Positions 52,640 to 64,000 of a stretch of 64,000 nt of DNA are shown one piece after another. The notes under the pieces are model-generated. The model did no database searches and was not told where the DNA came from. It was given only the letters and a program-made list of their open reading frames with translations. The translations under genes and the position numbers were made by a program. Position 1 is the first letter of the stretch. Each line of letters begins with the position of its first letter. The stretch is from Octopus vulgaris (taxonomy: Eukaryota), in NCBI GenBank assembly GCA_951406725.2, contig OX597829.1:3286001-3350000 (forward strand), read 5' to 3'.

Positions 52640-53480
52640 CGTTTTCTAATCGTATCACGTGATCCCCCCGCTCCATAATTTAGGCGCCATTACGTCTTTT
52701 GTTTTCGATTCCAATTTGATGGTGAATATTATTGAGTTATGGCTTGTTCGCTAGAAGCTTCTCGAATTCTGATATAAATTTAAACCGTCATATTTGCGTT
52801 AATGTTTTGACTTTAAGTTTATTGTGTAAAAAAATTAAACAACTTTTCTTCAGCGCAGTATAAATAAACAAAATAATAAAGTTTTATTTATCTATTTTAA
52901 TAAAGTCTTAGCCTTCTGTTATAATTCCATTCACATCTAAGAATCCATATGAATTTCATAAAGACAATAACTTGGTGTTTTATCCACTCTGAGGAACAAG
53001 AAGGAAAAGTGAAGGTTAAAGTAATGGAAGAGGAATTTAGAATATAAATGGACGCAGCTGGATTGTGCAAGGCATTGAACCCGACGTTTTAATGATTTGG
53101 TCACACACAATGGTTGTGCTTAATTTTAAATATTAAATGAGCACAGATTCAGCTATCGGTGATTTCATCGACGAGCTTTCGTTTTATGTACATATAATAA
53201 TAATTTTTTTCAACCAGATATCTTTTACGTCACTAGTCACCACGTTCTATCTTTCGTAGATTGCACCCTTCTCTTCCATTTATGACAGAATTGTACGATT
53301 TTATTGTCATATCGTTGTACTGATATGTGTAGTTGTCTGCTGTTGTCAAGTTGGTGAACAAAGATATATTTCATTGGCTGTTTGATTAATTGAAGTGAAA
53401 CCCCGTGTACATTTAGCTGAAGAATTTATTGCTGTACATAAAGACAATCTGTATTGGCCATTTACAGTTAACCAATAAGA
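52640..53480. promoter_or_regulatory. Candidate host promoter-like region
   Basis: Repeat-poor and relatively CpG-retaining; palindromic ATCACGTGAT, YY1-like GGCGCCATT and several CCAAT motifs; no exon linked. Confidence 0.3.
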
Positions 53481-53939
53481 GACGCGGAGAGAGATACTGC
53501 CCTAAGACTACAGGAAGCTATTGATACAGCAACATGCAGTCAGCCCTACATATCTGAAACCAACGGCACCATCTTTGTGTTGTCATAAGTCTTTGGTTGT
53601 CCTAGGCTATCTGCCCAAATGCCTGAAACTATCAGAGTGGCAAGAATAGAGGAGTATGTTGCTGAGCTGCCTTCACACATTCTGCAGAGTGTTTAGGTAC
53701 TAAAAGTGGTTTCAGGTAGAGTACCAAAAAAGTGTTCTAGAAAATGGCACCATACCATGGCTTCAAGCTGATTGGCTGCTTAATAGACAGATCATATGAA
53801 ACTATTGTGTTTACTCATGGTGTCTAACCAATTGTCTAGTGGTTAGGATTCAAATCACTACAGCATCATCTTGGAAATTTTCCAAATAATTTCTTCCGAT
53901 TTCTTGGGTGCTACATGGTGAGGCTGATGTTATTAATAT

Positions 53940-54290
53940 TTTGTTTAAACTGTCGCAGCTCAATACCTAGAGGAAAGGCATTAGAAAGAAGGGATTCCAG
54001 AGCAGCAATGTTCTGGGGATGAAGGATTGAGTAAAATGGTTAGTGCAGGGAAAGAAGAACATTGGATACATCAAGAGTGTTGAAAATAGGAGAGAAGAGT
54101 GAGTCAGAAGTATCTAAATGGTAGAGCTCTGAGGAGAAGAGGCCATTGATAGAAAAGACAGAGGGGAGACAGCATGTTTGTGGGTCAGATGCTGGAATGT
54201 GCCAGTGATTGATTGTCAATCAGTCAAGTGATCCAGGATGTTAGTCTGTGTAACAACAGCTCTATTCCAGATGTGGAAACAGTTCCTTAT
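53940..54290 (-). pseudogene. CR1/Jockey-like LINE 3' end remnant
   Basis: Minus strand HFTQSFIPRTLLLWN...ELRQFK, a typical C-terminal motif. Confidence 0.6.
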
Positions 54291-54559
54291 TATGATTTTC
54301 TCTTGAGCTTTATATAAATATCATTGTATGTATGAAATAGGCAAGTTGGATGGTAGTAGTTTTTCGCAGGACTTTATATGTATGGTGATAGCAATGCAAT
54401 GCAGGTTATTGTTTGTTAATAGGTTGTAGCAGCAATGATGGTACTAGCCAGAGTTGACAGATTGTTGCACTAGTAAAGTTACTGAAACAGCCAATAATGA
54501 AATATCCTGTCTTGATGCCAAACATCAACTCTCCAAATAACTCTTCATTACCTATTTTA

Positions 54560-54820
54560 TGGTCTTAGACTTTTCTATTATTATTGCCACAGGAAATGCT
54601 GTGATAAGATTTCTTTCTTAGTTCCAGACCAATTTGTTCCATCTCACCTAATTCAAAACTCACAGCGTTTTCACTTAAATGCTGGTGTGCTTCCACTCAT
54701 AAGGAAGTCTTTTTACAGTCGTAACTTATTTTCTTGAACTGCTAGGCTTTGGAACTTTCTTTCATCTTATTGATTTCCCCACTTATGACCTGAACACTTT
54801 CAAGTCTAAAGTAAATAATT
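54560..54820 (+). pseudogene. CR1/Jockey-like LINE 3' end remnant
   Basis: LRLFYYYCH..C...TARLWN...YDLNTFKSKVN motif. Confidence 0.6.
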
Positions 54821-55745
54821 TTTTTTTTGTCATCATCTATTATTAACTTCAAATATCAAATGGAAGTTATGTAGTTATGATACCTGTGCCAGCGACACGT
54901 AAAAAGCACCATCCGAACGTGGCCGATGCCAATGCTGCCTTGACTAGCTTCTGTGCTGGTGGCACATGACCTGCTGTGCTTGAGGAGACCTATTGAGTCA
55001 AGTACATCAACATCAAAATAAATATCAAATGGAAATAGTAGCTGTGATACCTGTGCCGGTGGCACGTAAGAAGCACCATCCGAACATGGCCGATGCCAGC
55101 GCCACCTTGACTGGCTTCTGTGCCGGTGGCACATAAAAAGCACCAACCAATCATGGATGCTTCCAGCCTCCCCTGGCACCTGTGCCAGTGGCATATAAAA
55201 AGCACCCACTACACTCACGGAGTGGTTGGCGTTAGGAAGGGGATCTAGCTGTAGAAACACTGCCAGATCAGACTGGAGCCTGGTGAAGCCTCCTGGCTTC
55301 CCAGACCCCGGTCGAACCGTCCAACCCGTACTAGCACGGAAAACGGACGTTAAACGATGATGATGATTGTGGCTTCTTGCCTTGTTTGGGACTTTCTTAT
55401 TAAAAAAAATTGAAGTTAGAATGATGAGTTACTAACAGCTGAGGCAAGAAGAGTCATAAACATTTCTAAATAAAACAAATATTTGGAGAAGAGTGGTCAC
55501 AACCTATCTATTAAAGATACTGAATAAAGTTAAAGTTTTGTGTATCTAGTGTATCCATAAATTATTTCCTTGTAGATAGTTGGCTGCAAAAACAAATCAT
55601 ATGAAAAAATAAGGCTAATTTCCATTCATAAATTAAAAATAGCAAGACCATAGTATGCATTTTATGTACCAAGAAGGAGTATCTAAACTTGTGTATATGA
55701 GAAAATGGACATATATACACACACACACATACTTATTATCCAAAG

Positions 55746-55990
55746 TGTAGAGTATTATATATCCATTATGGCCAATATTACCAATCAGTTTTATGCTAGG
55801 GATTCAACAGAGTGTTAGGTAACAATCTGATTATGTAATCTTGCACTCATCAGAGGTAGCTGTTGTTAAATAAAGGCTACCTCTGATATGTGCAGGGTTA
55901 TGTAATTGGAGTGTTACTTAACACTCTGTTGATTCACTGGTGCAAAGCTGATGGGTAAGATTGGCTGTGATGGACATATAATACTGTACA
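55746..55990. repeat. Head-to-head inverted pair of hammerhead-bearing PLE terminal repeats
   Basis: Arms 55746-55860 and 55876-55990 are both homologous to 42682-42795. Confidence 0.75.
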
Positions 55991-56107
55991 TTTTTTAAGA
56001 AATACCCACTTTATCAACAGATATACAAGTGCATTTTTTCCTGACTTATGGACTCTTAGATGACTTATACACACACACATATTCATATATATATATGAAT
56101 ATGTAAA

Positions 56108-56335
56108 GGTGGCGATCTGGCAGAAACGCTAGCATGCCGGGCAAAATGCGTAGCCGTATTTTGTCTGCCGTTACGTTGTGAGTTCAAATTCTGCTGAGGT
56201 CGACTTTGCTTTTCATCCTTTTGGGGTCGATAAATTAAGTACCAGTTATGCACTGGGGTCGATGTAATCGACTTAATCCCTTTGTCCTTGTTTGTCTCCT
56301 CTATGTTTAGCTCCTTGTGGGCAATAAAGAAATAT
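56108..56335 (+). mobile_element. SINE family B
   Basis: Colinear with 2083-2316. Confidence 0.85.
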
Positions 56336-56758
56336 ATTCATATATATATATTCTGGTGCTGCCATCATGTGTAACTGGTACCTGTGTCGGTTGTACATGA
56401 AAAACACCATTCGAACGATGGGTCTCACTAAGATAATGTGGCCAAAACTGGTGTCACACAACTAGCAGCCTTGCTGATGGCACATAAAAGGCACCGTTTG
56501 AGCACTGTGCCTCATAGAGGCAATGTTGCTGATACCAATGTCACATAACTGGCCAGTGGCATGTAAAAGCACTCATTACACTCTCAAAGTGGTTGGTGTT
56601 AGGAAGAGCATCCAGCCATAGAAACCATGCCAAATCAAACCGGAGTGTGATGCAGCCCCTCAATTTGCTAGCCCTGGTCAAACCGTCCAACTCATGCCAG
56701 CATGGATAATGGATGTTAAATGATGATCGTGATGTAGATGATGATATATCTATATATA

Positions 56759-57624
56759 CAGAACGTGATGGGTAAATTGTTGCCATTTTATATTTTTAAT
56801 TTCATGCATGTATATTGTTTGCTTTTGATTTTGTCAACTACACAGTATAGTAGGGTCAGTTGGGCACTGTCTGTGAGGAAAACAGCACCATGAGGCAATT
56901 CACTCTGCCAGAAATTTGGAAACAACATGCTGTACTGTTTGGCATCTATGCTAGAAGCTCCAATATGAACATTTCAGAGTGTTTGAATGTCAATCTCAGG
57001 ACAGTATAATCTGAGGACATGTACCAAGGGTGATAAAAATCAAACATCTAGTGAACATCATGGCATTTGAAGTGATTGCTAGTGATGAAGATGTTATACC
57101 TCCATTCAACTTCCCGCACAGCTTCAGACTCAACACAGAGGTCTACATCAAATGCTTGGAGGAGGTAGTACTGCCCTGGGTCAAAAGGGTGGCAACAGGA
57201 CTCTGCACTATTCCACACAAGCAAGAGAATCTAGTCATGGCTGCCATACAATTTCTATGACCACGTCATCCCTAATATCTGACCATCTAACTCCCCAGAC
57301 TGCAAATCCTTTGATTATTATGTGTGGATCACAGTTGAGCAAGAGACCAACAAAACTTCTTGTAACACCAAAGATGAACTGAAGGCAAGAATTATGGCAT
57401 CATTCACCAATTTAAACTAAGAGACCATCTAGAAGAGTTGCAGGAGATTCTGAAGTCGTCTGGCAGCTGTGATTGAAGCCAATGGTGATTTTATAGAATA
57501 AATTTACTCTTTAGTATTTCACAATATTTTTATGTAATTTTGGTAAATATATCTGTTAAAGTGAGATGTCAGTGTTATTTCCATTTCTGTATAATTTAGA
57601 CAATAGTTTATTCACTGCACCCTG
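56759..57624 (+). mobile_element. Internally deleted Tc1/mariner element
   Basis: TA flanks, imperfect TIRs, transposase remnants YIKCLEEVVLPWV and SNSPDCKSFDYYVW...TKDELKARI. Confidence 0.8.
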
Positions 57625-57767
57625 TATCACACAAGCACGTAATACCTGAACACATGTTATATATATATATACACATGCAACACATATTAACACATGCTAC
57701 ATACATGGACAATGTTAACTTATGCCCACATATATACATCATACACATGCACACTGTTTGGTTACAG

Positions 57768-57799
<32 letters not shown>

Positions 57800-58127
57800 A
57801 TACTACATCAAAAAGCACACCTCAACTGCTACACAACACACACACAAGTTACAGACGCACAAACTCACTCACGCACACAATCACACACATCAGAGTCACT
57901 AGCCCCTATTCACACATACTTACACATTCACACACACACACACCATTCTCACATACATACACACATGCACACACACCTCCACACCTTCATTTGGGATCAC
58001 CAGCATTTTATTATCTCCCTTTCTTTCAGTCTCTTCTTTCAAACTTCTTTTTCTAATCATTTGTCATGCCTGACTGCTAAAGCTACAAGATTTTTTTTCA
58101 TTTCCTCTCTGTTTATTTTCTCTTATT

Positions 58128-58165
58128 CCTTTCTGTTGAAGAGCATAGGCTTGAAACGTAAAAGG
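58128..58165 (+). ncRNA. Minimal hammerhead-like motif, variant core CTGTTGA
   Basis: CCTTT-CTGTTGA-A-GAGC-ATAG-GCTT-GAA-ACGT-A-AAAGG; same family as 46492. Confidence 0.55.
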
Positions 58166-61124
58166 CTTCTTCATTTTCCCAAGCATCAAACTAATACACC
58201 TGTTTGTTGTTCATACACCTGTCTTTGTCTTTTGTTTTTGTATAAATTTCAACTATATATATATATATGTGTGTGTGTGTGATCCCTGTGCCGGTGGCAT
58301 GTAAAAAGCACCCACTACACTCACGGATTGGTTGGCATTAGGAAGGGCATCCAGCTGTAGAAACACTGCCAGATCAGACTGGAGCCTGGTGCAGCCTTCT
58401 GGCTTCCCAGACCCTGGTCGAACCGTCCAACCCATGCTAGCATGGAAAACGGACGTTAAACGATGATGATGATGATGATTATATATATATATATATATAT
58501 ATTTAGTATTGAATAGTACTAAAGCAGAAGTGTGGGTGGGTTATTAAGAAGTTTGCTTCTCAACCATATGGTTTTGATCACAGTTCTACATGGCACTATG
58601 AGTGTCTTCTTCTGCAATAGCTCTGGTTATGAATATACATTGGACTCAGTTGAAGCCAATGTGCATATACTAGTAAAGGAAACATTCAAGTGTCCCTGTA
58701 TATAAAGTAGTAGAAAGTTAATTAAACTTTATCTTATGCTTTGTATTGAAAGTAGCTGAGAAGAAAGGCTGTTATTCTTCCTCTGAGGCAGAATAGGAAT
58801 ACTTAGAGTTATATATGTTGCTAGGTGTCTGAAGGAAATGAAAGGCCAAATGGGTCATTATAGCCATGACCACAAATAATGTTGTTAGAATGCAAGTAGG
58901 ATTGGTCGTAACAAAGCTGGTGTTTTGTAATAGTTTGTTGCTGCCCAAAGCAGCCAGAAGAAAGATGAGTCACACTAAGAGCAGGGCCAAGAAGGGCTGG
59001 GCTGACACTTCTGATTGGTTGAAAAATGTTAGCAGATACAAAACAAAGATATAGAAACAAAGTGTGTGTGTGTGTGTTTACTTATAAGCATGTACATTTA
59101 TATCAATATATAAATGTGTGTGTTCAAACACACACAAAATATTCATAAGGGAACAGCTGGCTTAAGCATACATTATTTGAAGTTTCATTGACATATAAAA
59201 CATACTTAATCAGCTTAATCATTCAATTACTTGCAATAAAGCTTATCATGTATACAGTGTATGAAACTGTAAGGTACTTTAAAGTCCACAACTGCTCACT
59301 AAGAAATGTGAAATCTATACAAACATGTTGAGTTCTGTTTTCCTTCATTTGTACAATTAAATGTATCATCGTCATCATCATCATCATCATCATCATCATC
59401 TAGCATCTGCTTTCCATGCTAGCATGGGTTGGACGGTTCAACTGGGGTCTGGAAGGCCGGAAGGCTGCACCAGGCCCAGTCTGATCTGGCAATGTTTCTA
59501 CGGCTGGATGTGTGTATATAAATGTGCGGATTTGTGTGTGTGTGTGTGTATGTATATATATATGCACACACAAAGGTCAAGGTGTGACTATTTTATTACA
59601 AAGTTTGTTTCCCAATCACATAATTTTGAGTTCAGTCCCACCACGTGGCACCATGGCTGGGTGTCTTCTGCTATAGCACTGAGCTGACCAAAGCTTTGTT
59701 AGAAGAAATATCAAACTTGTCCTTGACAAGATTTGAAATCAGGGATCATGTACCTTAAACAAGTAAAGTGTAAATAGATTTCTTAGTTATAAGGGCACTA
59801 TGTTATATATATTTCGATCGTTACCAACGTTGCTTCACTGGCACCTGTGCCAATGGCACATGCAAAAAGATTCAAGCGAGGTCATTGCCAGTACTGCCTG
59901 ATTGGTCCCCATACTGGTGGCACGTAAAAAGCACCACTACACTCTCAGAGTGGTTGGCGTTAGGAAGGGCATCCAGCTGTAGAAACTCTGCCAGATCAAG
60001 ATTGGAGCCTGGTGCAACCATGTGGTTCACCAGCCCTCAGCCAAAATCGTCCAACCCATGCTAGCATGGAAAGCAGACGTTAAATGATAATGATGATGAC
60101 GATGATGATGATAACTTGTTTTATTTCCCCCAATTCAACTCCTTTATTTAAGAAGGCTGTAAAAGATCTTTGTTAAGTACTTTAATATATCACCAGAGAA
60201 CATGTTTCCATTGTGAAAGTTATTACTGTAACAATATATATATCACCATCACAATGGCATTTTTTTTCTGACCAACACTTTTATGATGTTGAGTCATATA
60301 TTTTAAAGTAATTTATTTATAACCTCATGATGAAAGATTTATAAGAACATTCAACTATCCAAACAAATTTGTATGAGCATGTCATCAGAGAATGGATCTT
60401 TTACTTGCTTCAGTCATTAGACTCTGGCCCTGCTGGGGCACCACCTTGCATGCTTTTAATTGAAGGAAATGACTCCAGTAATGTTTTTCTTTAAAGCCAG
60501 GTACTTACTATATCAGTCTCTTTTGCCGGACTGCTAAGTTATATGGATGTAAGCACACTAACACTGGTTGTCAAGTGATGAGGAGAGACAAACACAGACA
60601 CAAAGACACACACACACACAGATATACTTAATGTCAGCACAAGGAGGCACGCACATACACATACACTGGCAATCTCCAAAGTGTGGCCACTGTAGCAGTG
60701 ATAGAAAAGTATAAATATTGATTGGATGGATGAACAGATAAGCAGACAGATAGATAAACATAGACGAACAGACAGAGAGAATTGTGTGTTTGTGTCTACT
60801 TGTCTGGACATCACGCGCTAGTTGTAAACGAGTGTCACCTTCATAAAAGTTTATTTGGTTCCAATCTTTTGTGGAGACCTAATCAACCATGTGGGAATGA
60901 TACTTCACATGGAAACAGGAAGAACATTTCACATTGCTCCAATCTACTCAGCTGGAAACAAATAATTATGTAACGAATTGGTATCCTGTTCAGAGGGGAT
61001 GTTGTGATCTCAATTGCTTTAATGCCTTGGAAATGGGAAACTGTCATTATGTGTCTTAGAATTCAAGACAGAATTGACCAGAGATTGATGATGATTATGA
61101 ATAATCTTCATAACTACAACATAT

Positions 61125-61440
61125 ATGGTCAGATTAGGGATTTCCTCATATGTTGATGAGACCTGCCACTGGTACCATGTAAATAGTGCTACTTGTTCCA
61201 TTGTCAAGTGGTCAGAAACTAAACAGGATCTCCCACGTGGTGGGTGTCTGGACATCCAGGAAGACTAAAAACAAAATCTGTCAAAAGGTAGATGAGCTCC
61301 TTGAAGGCCAACAGCCATCCAGTTGGGGAAAGAAATGGCAAAACACCCAATATCCTCACCATGAAGATACTAAAGAGAAATTCAGAATAAAGTAACGCTA
61401 TGGCTTCACCTGGTGACAGAACTCACACTTAATCAGGAAG
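61125..61440 (+). mobile_element. RTE-5'-like short repeat
   Basis: Homologous to 1995-2485. Confidence 0.55.
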
Positions 61441-62223
61441 GCTTTTGGTGTAGTATTATCAACACACTGCAAAAAGCATATAAAAGAGGTCAATGATGAT
61501 TACATAAAGGTAATATGCTTATTGCAAACAGCATTGATAAATATCTCATAAAATATTAAACATGAATAAGGAAGAGGGAGTTATTTCAAATATTAGTCAA
61601 TAAGACGACAGATATTTTAATTTGTGCTTTAGTTTTAGATAATAACTATTCCAGGATGAGTGATAGTACCCATATGGTGAAATCAATAGCCAGCCTGGCC
61701 TATACATCTGGAGTTTAATGTCTGCAGGAAAAAGGTAGGTATGAAAGGAATTGGAGAGAGTCTGGTTTGAATGTTTGTAACATTATGAACTTTGTTAAAG
61801 TTAATTGGTTTTAGTGTAAGTACACCTATACGTGTGTGTGTCGAGGGGTAATCAATACTCTTGATACCAACCTGCCTGTGACCTGGTTCTGTGAAGCAAA
61901 CTTAATTAAAGTTAAAAATTCTTCTGTCAAAATTTCGTGTTAATTTATGTTCCAAACACATGCTTAGTAGTTCTTTCTTGTACAAGCACAAGGCCAGAAA
62001 TTTTGGGGGGAGGGTTTAAGTCAATTATGTTGATCCCAGTTCTCAACTGGCAATTATTTTACCATACTCTGAAAGGATGAAAAGCAAAGTTGATCTTGGT
62101 GACATTTTAACTCAGGACATAAAGCTGGAAAACACTGGATTAATTATGACAAAGTTACTTTATTAAATTCTTCATTATTTTCAAAATAAATTGAAACAAA
62201 AGCAGTGGATTTCAACAGAATTA

Positions 62224-63415
62224 CTGAGCTTTGCAAAAGTCCTGTTACACTTATTTTGACGCTCTCAACAAAGGACACAACGATAGTTTTGATGTAGTAA
62301 GACATGTTTTTATTGTTTTAACATATAAATATGTACATTATTTACATTTGACTGATATTTGTCCTCATCTTGTTTGCTGTTAACACAATGTTTCGGCTGT
62401 TATACACTCCAGCATTCATCAGGAAATTTCAAACTTGGGTTCTCATTCCTGAGGTATTTTTCGATGTTGTTGTTGTTGTTGTTGTTGTTGTTATTATTAT
62501 TATTATTCAGGTCACTGCCTGGAATCGAACTCAGTGACTGCGGCAACCAAAAGTCCTTCAACCAGAAGTTCATGTTTAACCCTAACCACTCTTGCATGGC
62601 CTTAGCCAAGTGGGCTGAGGCACTGTCCTGCTGAAAGACATAGTCCAACTTCTTTATGATCTTTCTCACCCAGGGTAGGACTTTCATGGCCAAGATATCC
62701 CTGCAATTGGCTGCAGTGATCCTGTAACTGACCATGAACCACACCAGGGCATCTTGCCATTTGAAGCCAGGGTGCTTGATTGTGGACATGTAGTGGACCT
62801 TGGAGATATTCTGGCTGAAATTGATCACACAGTTGTTCTGCTTGCTGATGACCAGATTGACCATGAACGATTTTTCATCAGAAAAAATGAGAATTTGATT
62901 GCCATGACACTTCAAGTCATTGAGAAGGCAACTACAGTGTTCCCAACACTGTTTTAACGTATGGTCGGTGAGCAGAGGCCTTTCCACACACCTTAGGCAC
63001 TTGCTGCCCTCCTCCTTGACATGACAACCTTGGACATCATGGCCACTGAGATGTTGTTCTTCCCAAGAGCAGTTATTTTCAGCTTTGGATCATTTTGAAG
63101 GTCTTACTCATGGCCAAATGGTTGACAACTTGAGGTTTGCCTGATTGAGGTCGATCTTTGTGGTATTTTTCCATTCTTGAGCCGCTCTGCAATTTTTGGT
63201 GAAGTCAGACTTGTTGTGGCCCACATACAGGAGAGCAGAAGTCTTGATTCTTATTGCTTCCATCTCGATACACCTGTACACAATGTAAAAGACATTTTAA
63301 TTATATGTGCTGGAAAAGTAGAACTTTAAATATGCTTGACAGCACTTTTTCTATCACACACATTAACCTTTCGAAAGATCAAAACTGAGTATAACAGGAC
63401 TTTTGCAATGCCTAG
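62224..63415 (-). mobile_element. Tc1/mariner element with decayed transposase
   Basis: TIRs ...ttgcaaaagtcctgtta with TA flanks; IFSDEKSF, YVFQQDSASAH and FWLPQS motifs; C-terminus replaced by an insertion. Confidence 0.88.
62333..62532 (-). mobile_element. Short element: B-box, (AAT/AAC)n, hammerhead motif
   Basis: Minus strand gagttcgattcc...(aat/aac)n...CTGATGA-at-GCTG..CAGC-c-GAAACATTGTGTT; body homologous to 22396-22545. Confidence 0.65.
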
Positions 63416-63838
63416 TATGATAGCAAAAGGGATAAAGGGTTCAGTGGCAAAAAGGGGGAGCAGCCATGAAACATCACCTTAAAAAAGGTAATTTACTGAG
63501 TATGATTACAAGAATATCATGGGGCCCACATGGCTAAGACCTGCTTTTATTGGAAAAATCACTTTAAAACACATTCTGTTGTTATTGTTGTGTGTTGAAT
63601 TCTGTTTATAATCATCTAAGTACCAACAGTTGGTGTTAAACAGAGTTGAATAGTAGGCCAAAAAGTTTGCTTCAGAACCAGGTAGTTTTGGGTTCAGTCC
63701 CACAGCATAGCACCTTGGGCAAGTGTCTTCTTTTAAAGCTCCAGACAGACAAAAGCCTTGTGAGTGGATTTGGACAAAAACTGAAAAAGGCCGATTCTTA
63801 TATTTATATATACATGTGTGTGTGTGTATGTACATGTA

Positions 63839-64000
63839 CAAGGGTTGGACAAAATAATGGAAACACCTTGAAATTTCAAACGAATTTATTTTAATATGAG
63901 GTAGGACTTACAAGGTATGGACTCGTACAAAGTTTGAATTGTTTTCAAAGGAACTTTTGTCCATTCTTCAGCTAAAACAGTCTCCAGTTCTTGTAGTGAT
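63839..64000 (+). mobile_element. Tc1-like element left end (runs off the window)
   Basis: ta-caagggttggacaaaataatggaaacacct is a Tc1-type terminal sequence. Confidence 0.55.

Noticed and set aside
58821-59010. Possible minus-strand terminal exon (CTAAC branch point, CAG acceptor, open frame)
   Set aside because: Peptide unrecognisable and no supporting exons; evidence insufficient.

Overview
Eukaryotic, AT-rich, repeat-dense genomic DNA. The SINE, RTE and microsatellite content is what I recognise from octopus (coleoid cephalopod) genomes; this assignment is pattern recognition, not a search result. No confidently recognisable host protein-coding gene is present, and nearly all listed ORFs are microsatellite or transposon artefacts. 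The window contains decayed RTE-clade LINEs (one family has a PHD-like finger after the RT and a tandemly repeated structured 3' UTR), an R4/Dong-like 3' end, CR1/Jockey-like ends, a Penelope-like GIY-YIG fragment, three Tc1/mariner elements, piggyBac-like and Helitron-like non-autonomous elements, at least four tRNA-derived SINE families and solo-LTR-like elements. Three unexplained signals stand out. (1) Two related LTR-like elements place a conserved, covarying hairpin exactly 30 nt downstream of a TATA box, and one copy amplifies it into a 5-unit array. (2) About ten minimal hammerhead-ribozyme motifs occur in several short microsatellite-associated families, including core variants and one copy behind a tRNA-like B-box. 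(3) The RTE 3' UTR carries an array of compact pseudoknot-like units.
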